DNA from: an uncultured candidate division Zixibacteria bacterium
GTDB taxonomy: Bacteria; Zixibacteria; MSB-5A5; GN15; FEB-12
Assembly (NCBI GenBank): GCA_963664195.1
Contig: OY760907.1
Span: 512,001-576,000 of the forward strand
Direction of reading: 5' to 3'
Length of the DNA: 64,000 nt
Each line of letters starts with the position of its first letter. Position 1 is the stretch's first letter. Both the position numbers and the translations under genes were made by a program. Of the stretch, positions 48,938-60,428 are shown piece after piece. The notes below the pieces were generated by a model. That model was not told the origin of the DNA, did not search any database, and worked only from the letters and a program-made list of their open reading frames with translations.

Positions 48938-51601
48938 GTGAAATCTCTGACCTTCGTGACCGTCATCCTCGTGCTCACAGTCTCGTCGCTGTTGGCCGAC
49001 ACTTCGACTATTGTCGTTGGAGGACTGGACGGTATCGATCCCTCACGCGACCGCACCGAATATCGTATCGCTGTGGCTCTGTCCGGCGGCGGTGCCCGGG
49101 GGCTTAGCTCAATCGGTATCCTTAAGGCATTCGAGGAAAGCGATATTGAGATCACCGCTGTGGCCGGCACCTCTATGGGGGGCATTGTCGGCGGTCTGTA
49201 CGCGTGTGGATACTCTCCTGAAGAGCTGACGGGTTTTGTGTCGGAAATCGACTTCACTACGCTGTTTGCCAACCGTCCTTCGCGCTCTTCCATGTTCGTA
49301 ACGCGTCGACAGGAGATTGAGCGGCATCTGCTGACCATCCGTTTTGACGGGCTCCGTCCCCAGATCCCCCAGGCCCTGACCGGTGCCCCGGAGTTGACTT
49401 CGCTGCTGATGCGATTGACCAACCGGGCCAACTATCTGGCCGGCGGCGATTTCACGAAACTTCCGATTCCGTTCAGTACCGTCGGGACAGACATCATATC
49501 CGGCGAGGCGGTTGTACTCTCCAAGGGAACCCTGGCCGATGCCATGCGCGCCACTATGGCCTTCCCGCTCGCTTTCACTGGCGTCGAACGAGGCGAACGA
49601 ATTCTCATGGACGGGGGCATGCTGGTACCGGTGCCGGTTGACATTGTGCGAGACATGGTCTCCGATGATGTTCCGGTGATTGCCGTCAACACAAGCAGTC
49701 CGCTGCTGCCGGCGGACAAACTGATATCGCCGGTAGATATCGCTAATCAGGTTACTTCGATCATGGTCGAGGACAAACTGCGGGCGCAGCTTGAACGCGC
49801 AGATATCGTCATCAAACCTATCTCAGATGATTTCTCCGCCGCCGAGTTCACGCTCCGTGACAGCCTCATCGCTCTCGGCTACGCCGCAGGTCTGGCGATG
49901 GTCGACAGCATCAAAACGTTGTGCGATGCCCGCGCAACGAAAAACGACGACAATCGAGTCCAAACCAAACGCTACCGGCTCATCGAAAGTGAAATAGTGT
50001 GTTCCGACAGCACTCTCACGTCAGCTCTTCAGTCGCTCGGCAAGCTAACTGAGTTCACTCGACCGGAGTTGACTGACAGGACAAAGCAAATAGCACGTAC
50101 TGCCAGCGCCTTTCAGATTTCGGTGCGCTTGATTTCGGATCCCGGCCCAATTGCGATAGAGCCTGCCTCAGTGCGTACCGGAACTGCAACGCCGGTGCGG
50201 ATGAAGATTGCTGCCCGGGCAAAACCCCTGCGGTCAGAGACGAAGTTTGAATTCCGGGGCAACGAGGTCTTCGATGACTCGACTCTGCTTCGAGTATGCC
50301 AACTGCCGGAAACTCCTCTCTCGGCTGATGACCTGCGGCAGGCAATTACGAGAATCAACGATTTGTACCGCAAAGAAGGGTATGATCTTGCCGATGTCCG
50401 CAATGTCTCGATCGATTTCGCCAACGATCGAATCGTGGTCGGGATCGACGAAGCCACCGTCAGGGGAGTGACCATCGTCAACAACAGCAGGTCAAAGGAC
50501 TGGTTGATACGATCCTATTTCTCTCTCGGGCGAGGACAGCCCTATTCCTCGAAACGGGTCAGTCGGGGCTTGGCCGATCTCTACGGTACCGGCCTGTACG
50601 ACCAGATCACGGTTCAGCTCACGCCGGCAGACAGCGGCGTAGACCTCACGCTGAAAGTCAAAGAGAAGAAATACACGCAAATGCGTTTCGGCTGGCACTG
50701 GCACGAAGAGTACCAGTCAGAGCAGTTCTTCGAGGCTCTCGACGACAACATCGGTGGAATCGGTTTGGAATACCTCCTCCACGGTCAGTATGCCAACGAC
50801 CGTCAGGAAGTGTACACCGGCTTCAGACTGGAACGCCTGTTCTTCACGTACCTGACAACAAAAGTTCGCCTTGGCTACGAAAGTCTTGATCGCGACCTGT
50901 TCCTCCCCGACGGGACCACCGACGGGTCACGTTTCGAAGACCGCTGGAGGCTGGCATTTGAATTCGGACAACACATCGCCAGACTCGGGGCGGTCACGGC
51001 GGGTATCTCGCTGGAAGAGATCCAGCTTGAGGACACTCGCAAGGAAACGTTCCAGAAGTTCGGTCTCAGAACGTTGTATCTCCAGTCGCTCGTCGAGAAT
51101 CTCGATCAGGCCACTCTGCCAAACTCCGGCAACAAAACAAGCGTGGAACTTCGGCTGGCAGGCAAACTAATCGGCGGCGAAGTCGAGTACACGAGACTTC
51201 TCGGCTCAATCGAGTTCTACCACCCAATCAGCAAGTACGTCAATCTCCATCCGAGATTCTCGATTGGCTGGTCACGTCGCGGACTGCCGTCCTCCGAGAA
51301 ATTCTACCTCGGCGGGATGCACTCCTTTGCAGGGTTCAGAATCAACGAGCTATCCGGCGACAAATTCCTGCTGTTCAATCAGGAACTTCGAGTCAACCTG
51401 CCGCTCAACTTCTACTTGTACGGACGATGGGATTTGGGCGAAGTGTACACGACCACCGAGGAAATCAAGATCAGGAACCTGCGCCACGGTTTCGGCACGG
51501 CTTTGGCTTTTGGATCACCGATCGGCCCGATCGAGCTAGGCTTTGGCGGCGGCGACAGCCCGAAGGACCGGTTTTATTTCAGAGCGGGGTTCAGGTTTTA
51601 G
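48938..51601 (+). CDS. Patatin-like phospholipase fused to POTRA and Omp85 barrel (PlpD-like)
   Basis: LSGGGARG, GTSMG and DGG; POTRA motifs; FYLGG...GF; C-terminal FRF. Confidence 0.92.
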   Translation: MKSLTFVTVILVLTVSSLLADTSTIVVGGLDGIDPSRDRTEYRIAVALSGGGARGLSSIGILKAFEESDIEITAVAGTSMGGIVGGLYACGYSPEELTGFVSEIDFTTLFANRPSRSSMFVTRRQEIERHLLTIRFDGLRPQIPQALTGAPELTSLLMRLTNRANYLAGGDFTKLPIPFSTVGTDIISGEAVVLSKGTLADAMRATMAFPLAFTGVERGERILMDGGMLVPVPVDIVRDMVSDDVPVIAVNTSSPLLPADKLISPVDIANQVTSIMVEDKLRAQLERADIVIKPISDDFSAAEFTLRDSLIALGYAAGLAMVDSIKTLCDARATKNDDNRVQTKRYRLIESEIVCSDSTLTSALQSLGKLTEFTRPELTDRTKQIARTASAFQISVRLISDPGPIAIEPASVRTGTATPVRMKIAARAKPLRSETKFEFRGNEVFDDSTLLRVCQLPETPLSADDLRQAITRINDLYRKEGYDLADVRNVSIDFANDRIVVGIDEATVRGVTIVNNSRSKDWLIRSYFSLGRGQPYSSKRVSRGLADLYGTGLYDQITVQLTPADSGVDLTLKVKEKKYTQMRFGWHWHEEYQSEQFFEALDDNIGGIGLEYLLHGQYANDRQEVYTGFRLERLFFTYLTTKVRLGYESLDRDLFLPDGTTDGSRFEDRWRLAFEFGQHIARLGAVTAGISLEEIQLEDTRKETFQKFGLRTLYLQSLVENLDQATLPNSGNKTSVELRLAGKLIGGEVEYTRLLGSIEFYHPISKYVNLHPRFSIGWSRRGLPSSEKFYLGGMHSFAGFRINELSGDKFLLFNQELRVNLPLNFYLYGRWDLGEVYTTTEEIKIRNLRHGFGTALAFGSPIGPIELGFGGGDSPKDRFYFRAGFRF

Positions 51602-51933
51602 GGGACGCGATTGCAACGACACTTACTGCCAGGTCGCAATCCTCATATCACCTATACTGTGGGCGGCAGACGCCCTCGTCTGCCCCAGCCTCACCTATTA
51701 CGACTCCGCCGAAGCCAATCGAGTCTCACCTGCAATCAAGTCATCTCTGGCAGAACCAGCTATCTCTACACCCAGCCTTACCAGATTGCTGTGCGACTCT
51801 GTTTCTTCGCCGCCTCGGTGTTGATTACTGCCGCGGCGACGACAACGATCACACTGACAGACTAGTCTGTGAGCCTGTCGAAGTGTGCTCTGCTTGATTG
51901 TCTGTTGTCCTGTGGGCGGCAGACGCAACAGTC

Positions 51934-51960
51934 GTAGGTCGAAACTCCTGCAGTTTCGAC
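51934..51960 (+). repeat. REP family A copy, identical direct repeat of 52800-52826
   Basis: GTAGGTCGAAACTCCTGCAGTTTCGAC. Confidence 0.9.
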
Positions 51961-52027
51961 TTCCTTGATGACCTGCGGCGACGATGGCAGAACCGCTTCG
52001 CCAGTAAGTATAAACTGGCAGTTTCAC

Positions 52028-52729
52028 CTATCCGGGTTCAGCCCTACGAGGACTCACGTCCTCAATCATGGTGACATCAAAGAAAAGATCAATCACATAG
52101 GGCGCGAGTTGGGAATGACTGATCCCACAATGAGCGTGTGCGGCCTCGATTCCTGAGATCCATTCTCCGACTGACTCCGGTCCTTTTGTAGCGAAGTCGT
52201 TGATGAAATAGACAAAAACGAGGAATGCCGGGATATCATTTAGTTGCCGGAGCAAGTGAAGGTGTGCTAATCGATTGGCATATTGATAGTACTGTTTTGT
52301 CCAGTGACGGGATTCGGATACACCGTAGAATGCCGCCGTCTCGGCGAAGCTACTCTGAATCAACGTCAGAGATTTTGGACAGGCGCCGCAGGTCGACTTC
52401 AGTTCGGGCACGTTGGCCTTTGCTTCAACAAGCAAGACCTCACCTCGACTGGTCCTGGCCAATCCGTCCCAACAGGGGCCTCGTCGTGGCCAGAATGACT
52501 CGAGATCACGCTTCTCAAGATGAATTGACAGTTTCTCCAAAAACGCTTCGTCCTGGTATTCAGCGTATTCGTCGTTTTCTAAAGGCGACAACCACGTAAT
52601 AGATTCCCTATCGTTCAACCCAAGTCGTGCGTGCAAAGCATCGTTGAGAACCTCAGGATGCCGGTTGACGTAATCCTGCAACCAGCGCTGGCTGCCTTTC
52701 TTGGCTTTCTGCTGAGCTATTCTGGACAT
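52028..52729 (-). CDS. Putative PD-(D/E)XK nuclease
   Basis: GAGGAAGGG RBS; WDGL...LLVEAKA catalytic pattern; YYQYANRL. Confidence 0.75.
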   Translation of the reverse strand: MSRIAQQKAKKGSQRWLQDYVNRHPEVLNDALHARLGLNDRESITWLSPLENDEYAEYQDEAFLEKLSIHLEKRDLESFWPRRGPCWDGLARTSRGEVLLVEAKANVPELKSTCGACPKSLTLIQSSFAETAAFYGVSESRHWTKQYYQYANRLAHLHLLRQLNDIPAFLVFVYFINDFATKGPESVGEWISGIEAAHAHCGISHSQLAPYVIDLFFDVTMIEDVSPRRAEPG

Positions 52730-52799
52730 AGGATTTCCCTCCTCTTTTCCTGCGCTGAATTTGTGGACTGCTTGATTGCTCCCTCGGAAGACCTTAATT

Positions 52800-52826
52800 G
52801 TAGGTCGAAACTCCTGCAGTTTCGAC
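52800..52826 (+). repeat. REP family A copy
   Basis: Identical to 51934-51960. Confidence 0.9.
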
Positions 52827-52923
52827 ACCTTTGGTGGCCTCAGACAGACTATGGCAGATCCGCTCCGCTAGTACGTGCATCATGCCCGTTTCGTCTATTC
52901 GGGTTCAGCCTTGCGGGGACCTG

Positions 52924-53358
52924 CTACTCCAAGTATTCGACATACAGCAGTGCCAACCAGATCACTGTAAATACAACCGGAAGAACGACATCCATCTTCT
53001 CGCGTGTGAGTCGCCAATTGCCATCTATACCGAACACCTCGTTCACCTTCTGCCTGAAATCAGGGTCTCTTGCGTACACATCTTCCTAGCCGGCCAGCTC
53101 AGTACCGAGCGGCCCCTTCGTCGCTTGGTACTTATAGTAGTCAACTCTCAAGAATCTCGAGACTACAACACGGTGCCAAATGCACCAGATCATGAACAAG
53201 GCCAGTCCGGCGATGAGCGCCAGCAGCCACGAGGTCGCCTTGTCAGTAACCAGTATGGCGCCGACCGTAACAAGAAACGATTGAGAGGCTACAAACGTCG
53301 ACCTGTACGACTGAAGCAAGCCCTCGTTTGCCGACCACGCAGTATTTACATCTATCAT
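52924..53358 (-). pseudogene. Small 3-TM membrane protein interrupted by an in-frame TAG at 53086-53088
   Basis: AAGGAGGT RBS and ATG at 53358. After TAG the frame continues for 53 codons (EDVYARDPDF...KMDVVLPVVFTVIWLALLYVEYLE*), giving a third TM helix. Confidence 0.75.
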
Positions 53359-53455
53359 AGCTACCTCCTTGTCTGTCTGGCGGAACAACGACCCCGTGGA
53401 AGACACAGTGATCTAGAGATACAGGACCAAGCTTGCGGTCTTGTCAGGCTCCCTA

Positions 53456-54289
53456 TCATGGAATGAGTATGCTTTCGTCGGGCAGTGAACGAACCTCTAT
53501 GCAACGAATCAACAGCTTGCGCAGCACCTCAGCAGACTCCTCCACAGCCTTGGCACTGTCGCCTTTGATCTTTGAACCATGCACTGCTGCCGAGCGCCTC
53601 TTGTATAGCCTTCTCGCAGATTCAAATGCTCTCTTCCGTTCATCCGAATCATCTGAATGGAGGAAGCGCGCAATATACAAGCTTACTCGGAACACCACTT
53701 CTGTATTCACTCCGAATAACGCCTCTATCCCCGCCCACAGCACGGCGAGCCTAATCCTGGGCAGTGAATGCCAACGGTAGGTGGACAGACAGTGTACGGC
53801 GGTCTCGAAACTGCCGTTTTCGAGCATCTGTCGAGCGTCGTCGAAGTGCGCGGTTATCCAGTCGGCCTCGTCAGACGTGATCATGTGCGGTGGGTTATTG
53901 GACAGGCCACGCATGTGATGATTGGTTGCATGCAGAGCGCTATCGACAGTTATCTCACTTGAGGAAGCATCTGACTGAAGGTTGAATCCGACGTCGGCCC
54001 GGAACACTGCACTCAGAAGGAGAGCGTCCCACGTGGAGTTCCACGCGACAACCGCTAGCCTCTCGGGCGTCTTAGCAGTAATTCTGAACTGTGCAGTAGT
54101 GCGCGGAATGAACGCCGCAACGACAGCAATATCATCCGGGTGCGAGCACGTAGCGAGTGCAGTCTTCAGATCAAGATGCGAAGTATCGGCGGGCTGTAAC
54201 TCGACATTGTCACTGAGCCTGATGCTGCTTCTCGTGGCTATCCCGCTGAGCAAGATGAAAGTAACATCGCCGTTTCCTAGGATGCGCAT
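53456..54289 (-). CDS. HEPN domain protein (ApeA-like HEPN pattern)
   Basis: LWAGIEALF and LYKRRSAAVHG (Rx4H). Confidence 0.82.
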   Translation of the reverse strand: MRILGNGDVTFILLSGIATRSSIRLSDNVELQPADTSHLDLKTALATCSHPDDIAVVAAFIPRTTAQFRITAKTPERLAVVAWNSTWDALLLSAVFRADVGFNLQSDASSSEITVDSALHATNHHMRGLSNNPPHMITSDEADWITAHFDDARQMLENGSFETAVHCLSTYRWHSLPRIRLAVLWAGIEALFGVNTEVVFRVSLYIARFLHSDDSDERKRAFESARRLYKRRSAAVHGSKIKGDSAKAVEESAEVLRKLLIRCIEVRSLPDESILIP

Positions 54290-54640
54290 ATGATTCTCTC
54301 CGCATGATGCTATTCCGTATGATCCAGCGGCTCAACATGGGCATCAATAATCAGCTGAATCATCACAAATCCCTCCCAAATCATAGGGACTTCGCAGAAT
54401 GGCCTAAGATTGCTTCTATGATATATGATAATGAGCGCCCCGTCAAGCATCTGTAAAGACTGATCGGTCCACACTTCGACAAACTCAGCGCGACTCATCA
54501 GTTTCCCCGTGTTGAAGCCACAGAAGTTTCGACCGACTGACAACGTTTACACCAGGCATCACACATCACACAAGGACTACACAATCCATATTGCCCACGT
54601 TGCCATAGAGCGCAACCGCAAATCCGGCACACTTTTTTCC

Positions 54641-54670
54641 TTGACACAATGACCCGTTAGTCCATATATT
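54641..54670 (+). promoter_or_regulatory. Sigma70-type promoter with no protein gene behind it
   Basis: TTGACA-N18-TATATT. Confidence 0.6.
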
Positions 54671-54675
54671 ACTGT

Positions 54676-54885
54676 GTGTCCTGAGGGAGCCCTTCACTCC
54701 CTTGTCGTGACCGGATAACCGTTCAACCCCACCTCAGATTAGAGTACCTCACTGCCGCTGCCTATGTGACGGACAACCATATTTTCATGGAGGACGCCTA
54801 TGGTCTGAGGTTATCATCCGGGTAGGAGGTTGTCGACGCTTCCGCCTGCACGGTAGATAACGGTGAGGGTCGATTTTTCAGGCGC
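54676..54885 (+). ncRNA. Candidate structured ncRNA (6S-like rod or novel)
   Basis: Nested long-range pairing by eye: CCTGAGGGA/TTTTTCAGG, CCCTTCAC/GTGAGGG, TTGTC/GATAA, CGTG/CACG, CCGGAT/ATCCGG, ACCTCAGATT/GGTCTGAGGT. Confidence 0.55.
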
Positions 54886-54905
54886 AAGTGGACTGGTCAT
54901 CTGCA

Positions 54906-54931
54906 GTCGCCAGGAACTTCGGCGGCTTTTT
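54906..54931 (+). terminator. Possible intrinsic terminator of the ncRNA
   Basis: GTCGCC-N9-GGCGGC-TTTTT. Confidence 0.45.
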
Positions 54932-55256
54932 CGGTGTTTGCTTCGGCAGGCGCGACAGTGAAAACCGATGCGGCACAAGCCCCCGGTCAGAAACTGTCAC
55001 CCCGGAAACGCCCCCCAGCCACGGGGAACGGGGAGCGCTGGAGGCGTGCCCCGCACGACCGCAATACGATTCTGGCCCGACGGTTTACCGGCCGTCGGGC
55101 TTTATCATGCTCCATACAGTATGGGGACTCCCCCCCATTCGGCCTCTCAAATCGACTCGGAAATCCTTTCCATGCTGTGCAAAATCACCACAAAAATGCG
55201 GCTAAACCCTTGTGCCACAGAGTAGTTGTACGGCACTCCCGGCGCGGCCTGCCGGG

Positions 55257-55272
55257 CGGCACCGCCGTTGCA
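55257..55272 (+). promoter_or_regulatory. Sigma54-type -24/-12 promoter
   Basis: CGGCAC-CGCCG-TTGCA. Confidence 0.6.
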
Positions 55273-55315
55273 ATAGGAGTTGCAGAACAACGAAACTCAA
55301 GCAGGGTGGCCGAAG

Positions 55316-55549
55316 ATGAAAGTGAAGTTCGTTTTGACCATGGATGACGTCACCGTCAATGATGAAGTCATCGATCAGGTTGTGTTGGACTGGATCAGCG
55401 ATGTCGATCAGCAGGAGATTATGGAAGTATCCCACAAATGGATCACCACCCAGAACTTCCTGACTCATCGCATGACCGGTCTGACCCGCGTAGGTGAATC
55501 CTCACTAACTATTGAACCTCTAGAAGAGCCGAGCGATGCTAACGTCTAG
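55316..55549 (+). CDS. Hypothetical small acidic protein
   Basis: 77-aa ORF with a protein-like beta/alpha pattern; overlaps the next start. Confidence 0.72.
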   Translation: MKVKFVLTMDDVTVNDEVIDQVVLDWISDVDQQEIMEVSHKWITTQNFLTHRMTGLTRVGESSLTIEPLEEPSDANV

Positions 55550-55871
55550 TCTCATAGTTCAAGTCAAAGATTTTGCCGATGAGGCCGCCGTCCGGGCCGA
55601 GGAATACTCCGGCGTGGTGGATCAGGGCAAGGACTTCATCACCGACACGTTCGGTCAGAACGGGCTGTATGCGGCGTATGTCGCCGCCGCGGTGATATTG
55701 ATTTTCGTCCTCTCGCGAGTAGCGAAACTGACTTTCAGCACGTTAAAGTTTCTGGTGATTCCCTCGGTGGCTCTGGCTTTCCTGGCTACTCTCTTCCTGC
55801 CGTATTCTTTCGTGGTGACGTTCCCTGTAAGTGTCACCGTTTGTTCGCTGTTCCTGCTGTTCAAGGGGTGA
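55536..55871 (+). CDS. Hypothetical membrane protein
   Basis: Three C-terminal hydrophobic helices. Confidence 0.72.
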   Translation: MLTSSLIVQVKDFADEAAVRAEEYSGVVDQGKDFITDTFGQNGLYAAYVAAAVILIFVLSRVAKLTFSTLKFLVIPSVALAFLATLFLPYSFVVTFPVSVTVCSLFLLFKG

Positions 55872-56044
55872 CAGAGAGTCACCCCTGTCGTTGCTATGTC
55901 AGCGACAATCTCGAAACCTATTGGCGGGAGTCCCATACTCTATGGCGGCTCCCCTGTCTTATTCTATGCTTTCTCAAAATGCGAATTCCGGGTGAAACAG
56001 TGTAAGGCGCTGCGGGGCGGTCCTTTGCGCGGATTTCTCGGTTT

Positions 56045-56060
56045 TGGCAGTCCTCTTGCA
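56045..56060 (+). promoter_or_regulatory. Sigma54-type -24/-12 promoter
   Basis: TGGCAG-TCCTC-TTGCA. Confidence 0.65.
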
Positions 56061-56101
56061 TAAGGAAGGTCAAACACGATAAAGAAACGGGTGAAGCTAC
56101 T

Positions 56102-56551
56102 ATGTCGACCGACCAGACATGCATCAATTGCGGACAACCGCTGACAAAGAAAAACGGCGTACGCCTCTGTGTTCGCTGCAACTCCGAAACAATCGATAGC
56201 TCGCAGATATTCATCGAAAGCAGCGATGAGGACGATTGGGTGTTCATCGAGTGCCACGGCGCCACGCTCTACGAGGAAGGCACCAACGACATCAAAGCCG
56301 GCGTCAAGTTCAACGACGATGACGACATCACCAAGGGACACCAGATAATCGAACATCCGGTGTACGCTCCGGCTCACAACAAACGCCGGCGAGTCAAACG
56401 TGAGGCGCTCGGCAATATCCGTCGCTGCCAGGCCTGTCAGGACTACACGGTGCGTATGAGACGGCCCGAGGGAGCCGACTTCTATATACCGTCGAACAAG
56501 CATCCTAATCGCAAGAAGCTGAAATCCGTGAACTACCGCACGTACGCCTGA
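56102..56551 (+). CDS. Hypothetical zinc-binding protein
   Basis: CINC, CVRC, ECH and CQAC; basic C-terminus. Confidence 0.75.
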   Translation: MSTDQTCINCGQPLTKKNGVRLCVRCNSETIDSSQIFIESSDEDDWVFIECHGATLYEEGTNDIKAGVKFNDDDDITKGHQIIEHPVYAPAHNKRRRVKREALGNIRRCQACQDYTVRMRRPEGADFYIPSNKHPNRKKLKSVNYRTYA

Positions 56552-56802
56552 CCGGCCGCCCCAAAAGACTCTCTTCCGGCCCTTCCCACGTCCCTCTCCG
56601 GGGGCTTTGAAGGGCCTTTCTTGCACCAAAAACCCAGACCGCAGGAAACCCAGAACTGCCCTCGATCCGCTCTTTTTCACAGGGCGCATTTAACATCCCG
56701 GCAATCTTCGTAAATAATTGCAAGACAATAAGATACTTGAGCCTTTTTCCTTGCGGATCAGGGTAGAAAATGTTATCTTATAGGACTAGGATTTGAAACG
56801 TT

Positions 56803-59072
<2,270 letters not shown>

Positions 59073-59123
59073 ATTGTAACGATGGGGCAGATTATCATCT
59101 GCTGCCCACGGAATGTAACAACC

Positions 59124-59151
59124 GTCGAGGCTCAGGCCCCGGCGGTTTTTT
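59124..59151 (+). terminator. Intrinsic terminator after gyrB
   Basis: GC-rich imperfect hairpin followed by a T tract. Confidence 0.6.
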
Positions 59152-59391
59152 GTGGGACGATACGCTGAGTCGTAGGGCTGGTCCGTCCTCGAACCCGCCA
59201 AGAGGTCATACCGACAAGCTCCTGAGTTGTGTTGACGGTCGGTGCGTGGAATCGCTTGGGCGTGGCACCCGGATTGAACGCGCAACTACTGTGAGTAATT
59301 GGCAGGTTCGAAGACAGAACTCTCCAGCAAGACTCTAAGGCAATGTCGAGACTACAGGGCAACTCGGTCGCTCGTGGTTTCGACCTACAAA

Positions 59392-59901
59392 CTACTCGTC
59401 AGATTTGTCCTTGGAATCATCGGCAGGCTTATCGCCGTCAGTCGTGGCTGACTTCGGCTCTACTGCAGGCAGGTCTTTGATCTCTTCCGGGACTTCCAGC
59501 TTGGGAGTGAAGATGCCGAGATAACGCTGGTACCACTTCCAGTTCTTCTTCTCTTTCTTGTACCACTTCTTGAACGCTTTCTGGCGCTTGACCTCGACCG
59601 CATCGTACTCCTCGATCAACAGTAGGACAATCTCGACGCATTCGCGCCGTTCCAGTGCGGTTCGGAGAGCCTCGTATTCACTCCAGTTGAAGACAGCCTG
59701 AAACATCGGTTCCGCAAAAACCAAACCCTGTGAGAACATGTAGTTGAGCGGCTTAACGCTCTCAAGAGCCATAATGGCGGGAACGGTCAAGCCCCTCCGT
59801 ACCACCCACCGGGCAAACTTGTCGAGCACCGCCTCCTGCTCCTCAGGAAGAACGCCGCGTCCGGAATTCGGCAGTTCCATACCGCCTTTGAAAAAACTCA
59901 T
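59392..59901 (-). CDS. Hypothetical protein
   Basis: PAIMALESVKPLNY helical protein; coupled to its neighbour. Confidence 0.78.
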   Translation of the reverse strand: MSFFKGGMELPNSGRGVLPEEQEAVLDKFARWVVRRGLTVPAIMALESVKPLNYMFSQGLVFAEPMFQAVFNWSEYEALRTALERRECVEIVLLLIEEYDAVEVKRQKAFKKWYKKEKKNWKWYQRYLGIFTPKLEVPEEIKDLPAVEPKSATTDGDKPADDSKDKSDE

Positions 59902-60422
59902 GATGCCTCTTCCTCATCGGTGACGGACTCGCCGGGTGCAGGCTCGTCGGGTGCTTCCTCGTGCGCGCGGACTATGCGTGTCTTGACGAATTCCGTAACC
60001 TCGTCGGCATTCTGATTGAAGATCAGGTACATGCCCCGGAAATTCTCCAGCCGCGACGGCTCCGCGAACGGCGAAAGCAGTATGCCGTTTTTGTCGGGGT
60101 AACAGGTACGGAAATTCGACCAGGGCTTAGTAAACGTCTGAGTAGTCGTCTTGATCGAGATGCGCCTGTCAGTCAGGCGAAATCGGGTGGGGAGATAGAA
60201 TTTGGCCAGCGAAGCAAACAGCACCAGACAGGCCAGCAGGCCAAACGCCTGCGAATCGGTGAGCCGATAGACTAGCGCACCAACAATCGTAATGAAGAGC
60301 GAAACGGCAATCGCAACCAGTGGCTTGCGCTTCAGCGGATGGCATACCCACTCGAGTACTTCGCCCTCGTCTTCAGGCTCAATTGCAGCCAATTCGTCGT
60401 TTGTCGGTTCGCGGTCGCTCAC
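59898..60422 (-). CDS. Hypothetical 2-TM protein with PH-like soluble domain
   Basis: W-x-x-HP, two TM helices, FYLPTRF and LSPF...RLENFRG. Confidence 0.78.
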   Translation of the reverse strand: MSDREPTNDELAAIEPEDEGEVLEWVCHPLKRKPLVAIAVSLFITIVGALVYRLTDSQAFGLLACLVLFASLAKFYLPTRFRLTDRRISIKTTTQTFTKPWSNFRTCYPDKNGILLSPFAEPSRLENFRGMYLIFNQNADEVTEFVKTRIVRAHEEAPDEPAPGESVTDEEEAS

Positions 60423-60428
60423 GGTGTG

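Noticed and set aside
24649..51601. Genome-wide TAG reassignment
   Set aside because: TAG is clearly a true stop for secA (after the SEC-C motif), the Omp85 protein (after the terminal Phe) and several pilins.
54310..54543. 77-aa minus-strand ORF
   Set aside because: Its 5' part is made of REP remnants and it has no recognisable motif; at most a gene fragment.
51600..54600. Integron cassette array or prophage
   Set aside because: No integrase, no attC-like RYYYAAC...GTTRRRY sites and no phage genes were recognised.
54790..54856. Selenopeptide (ATG GTC TGA followed by a hairpin)
   Set aside because: Readthrough gives only an 18-aa peptide with no redox motif, and the region is better explained as part of a larger RNA structure.
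56552..56802. oriC next to gyrB
   Set aside because: No cluster of TTATCCACA-type DnaA boxes is visible and dnaA is absent.
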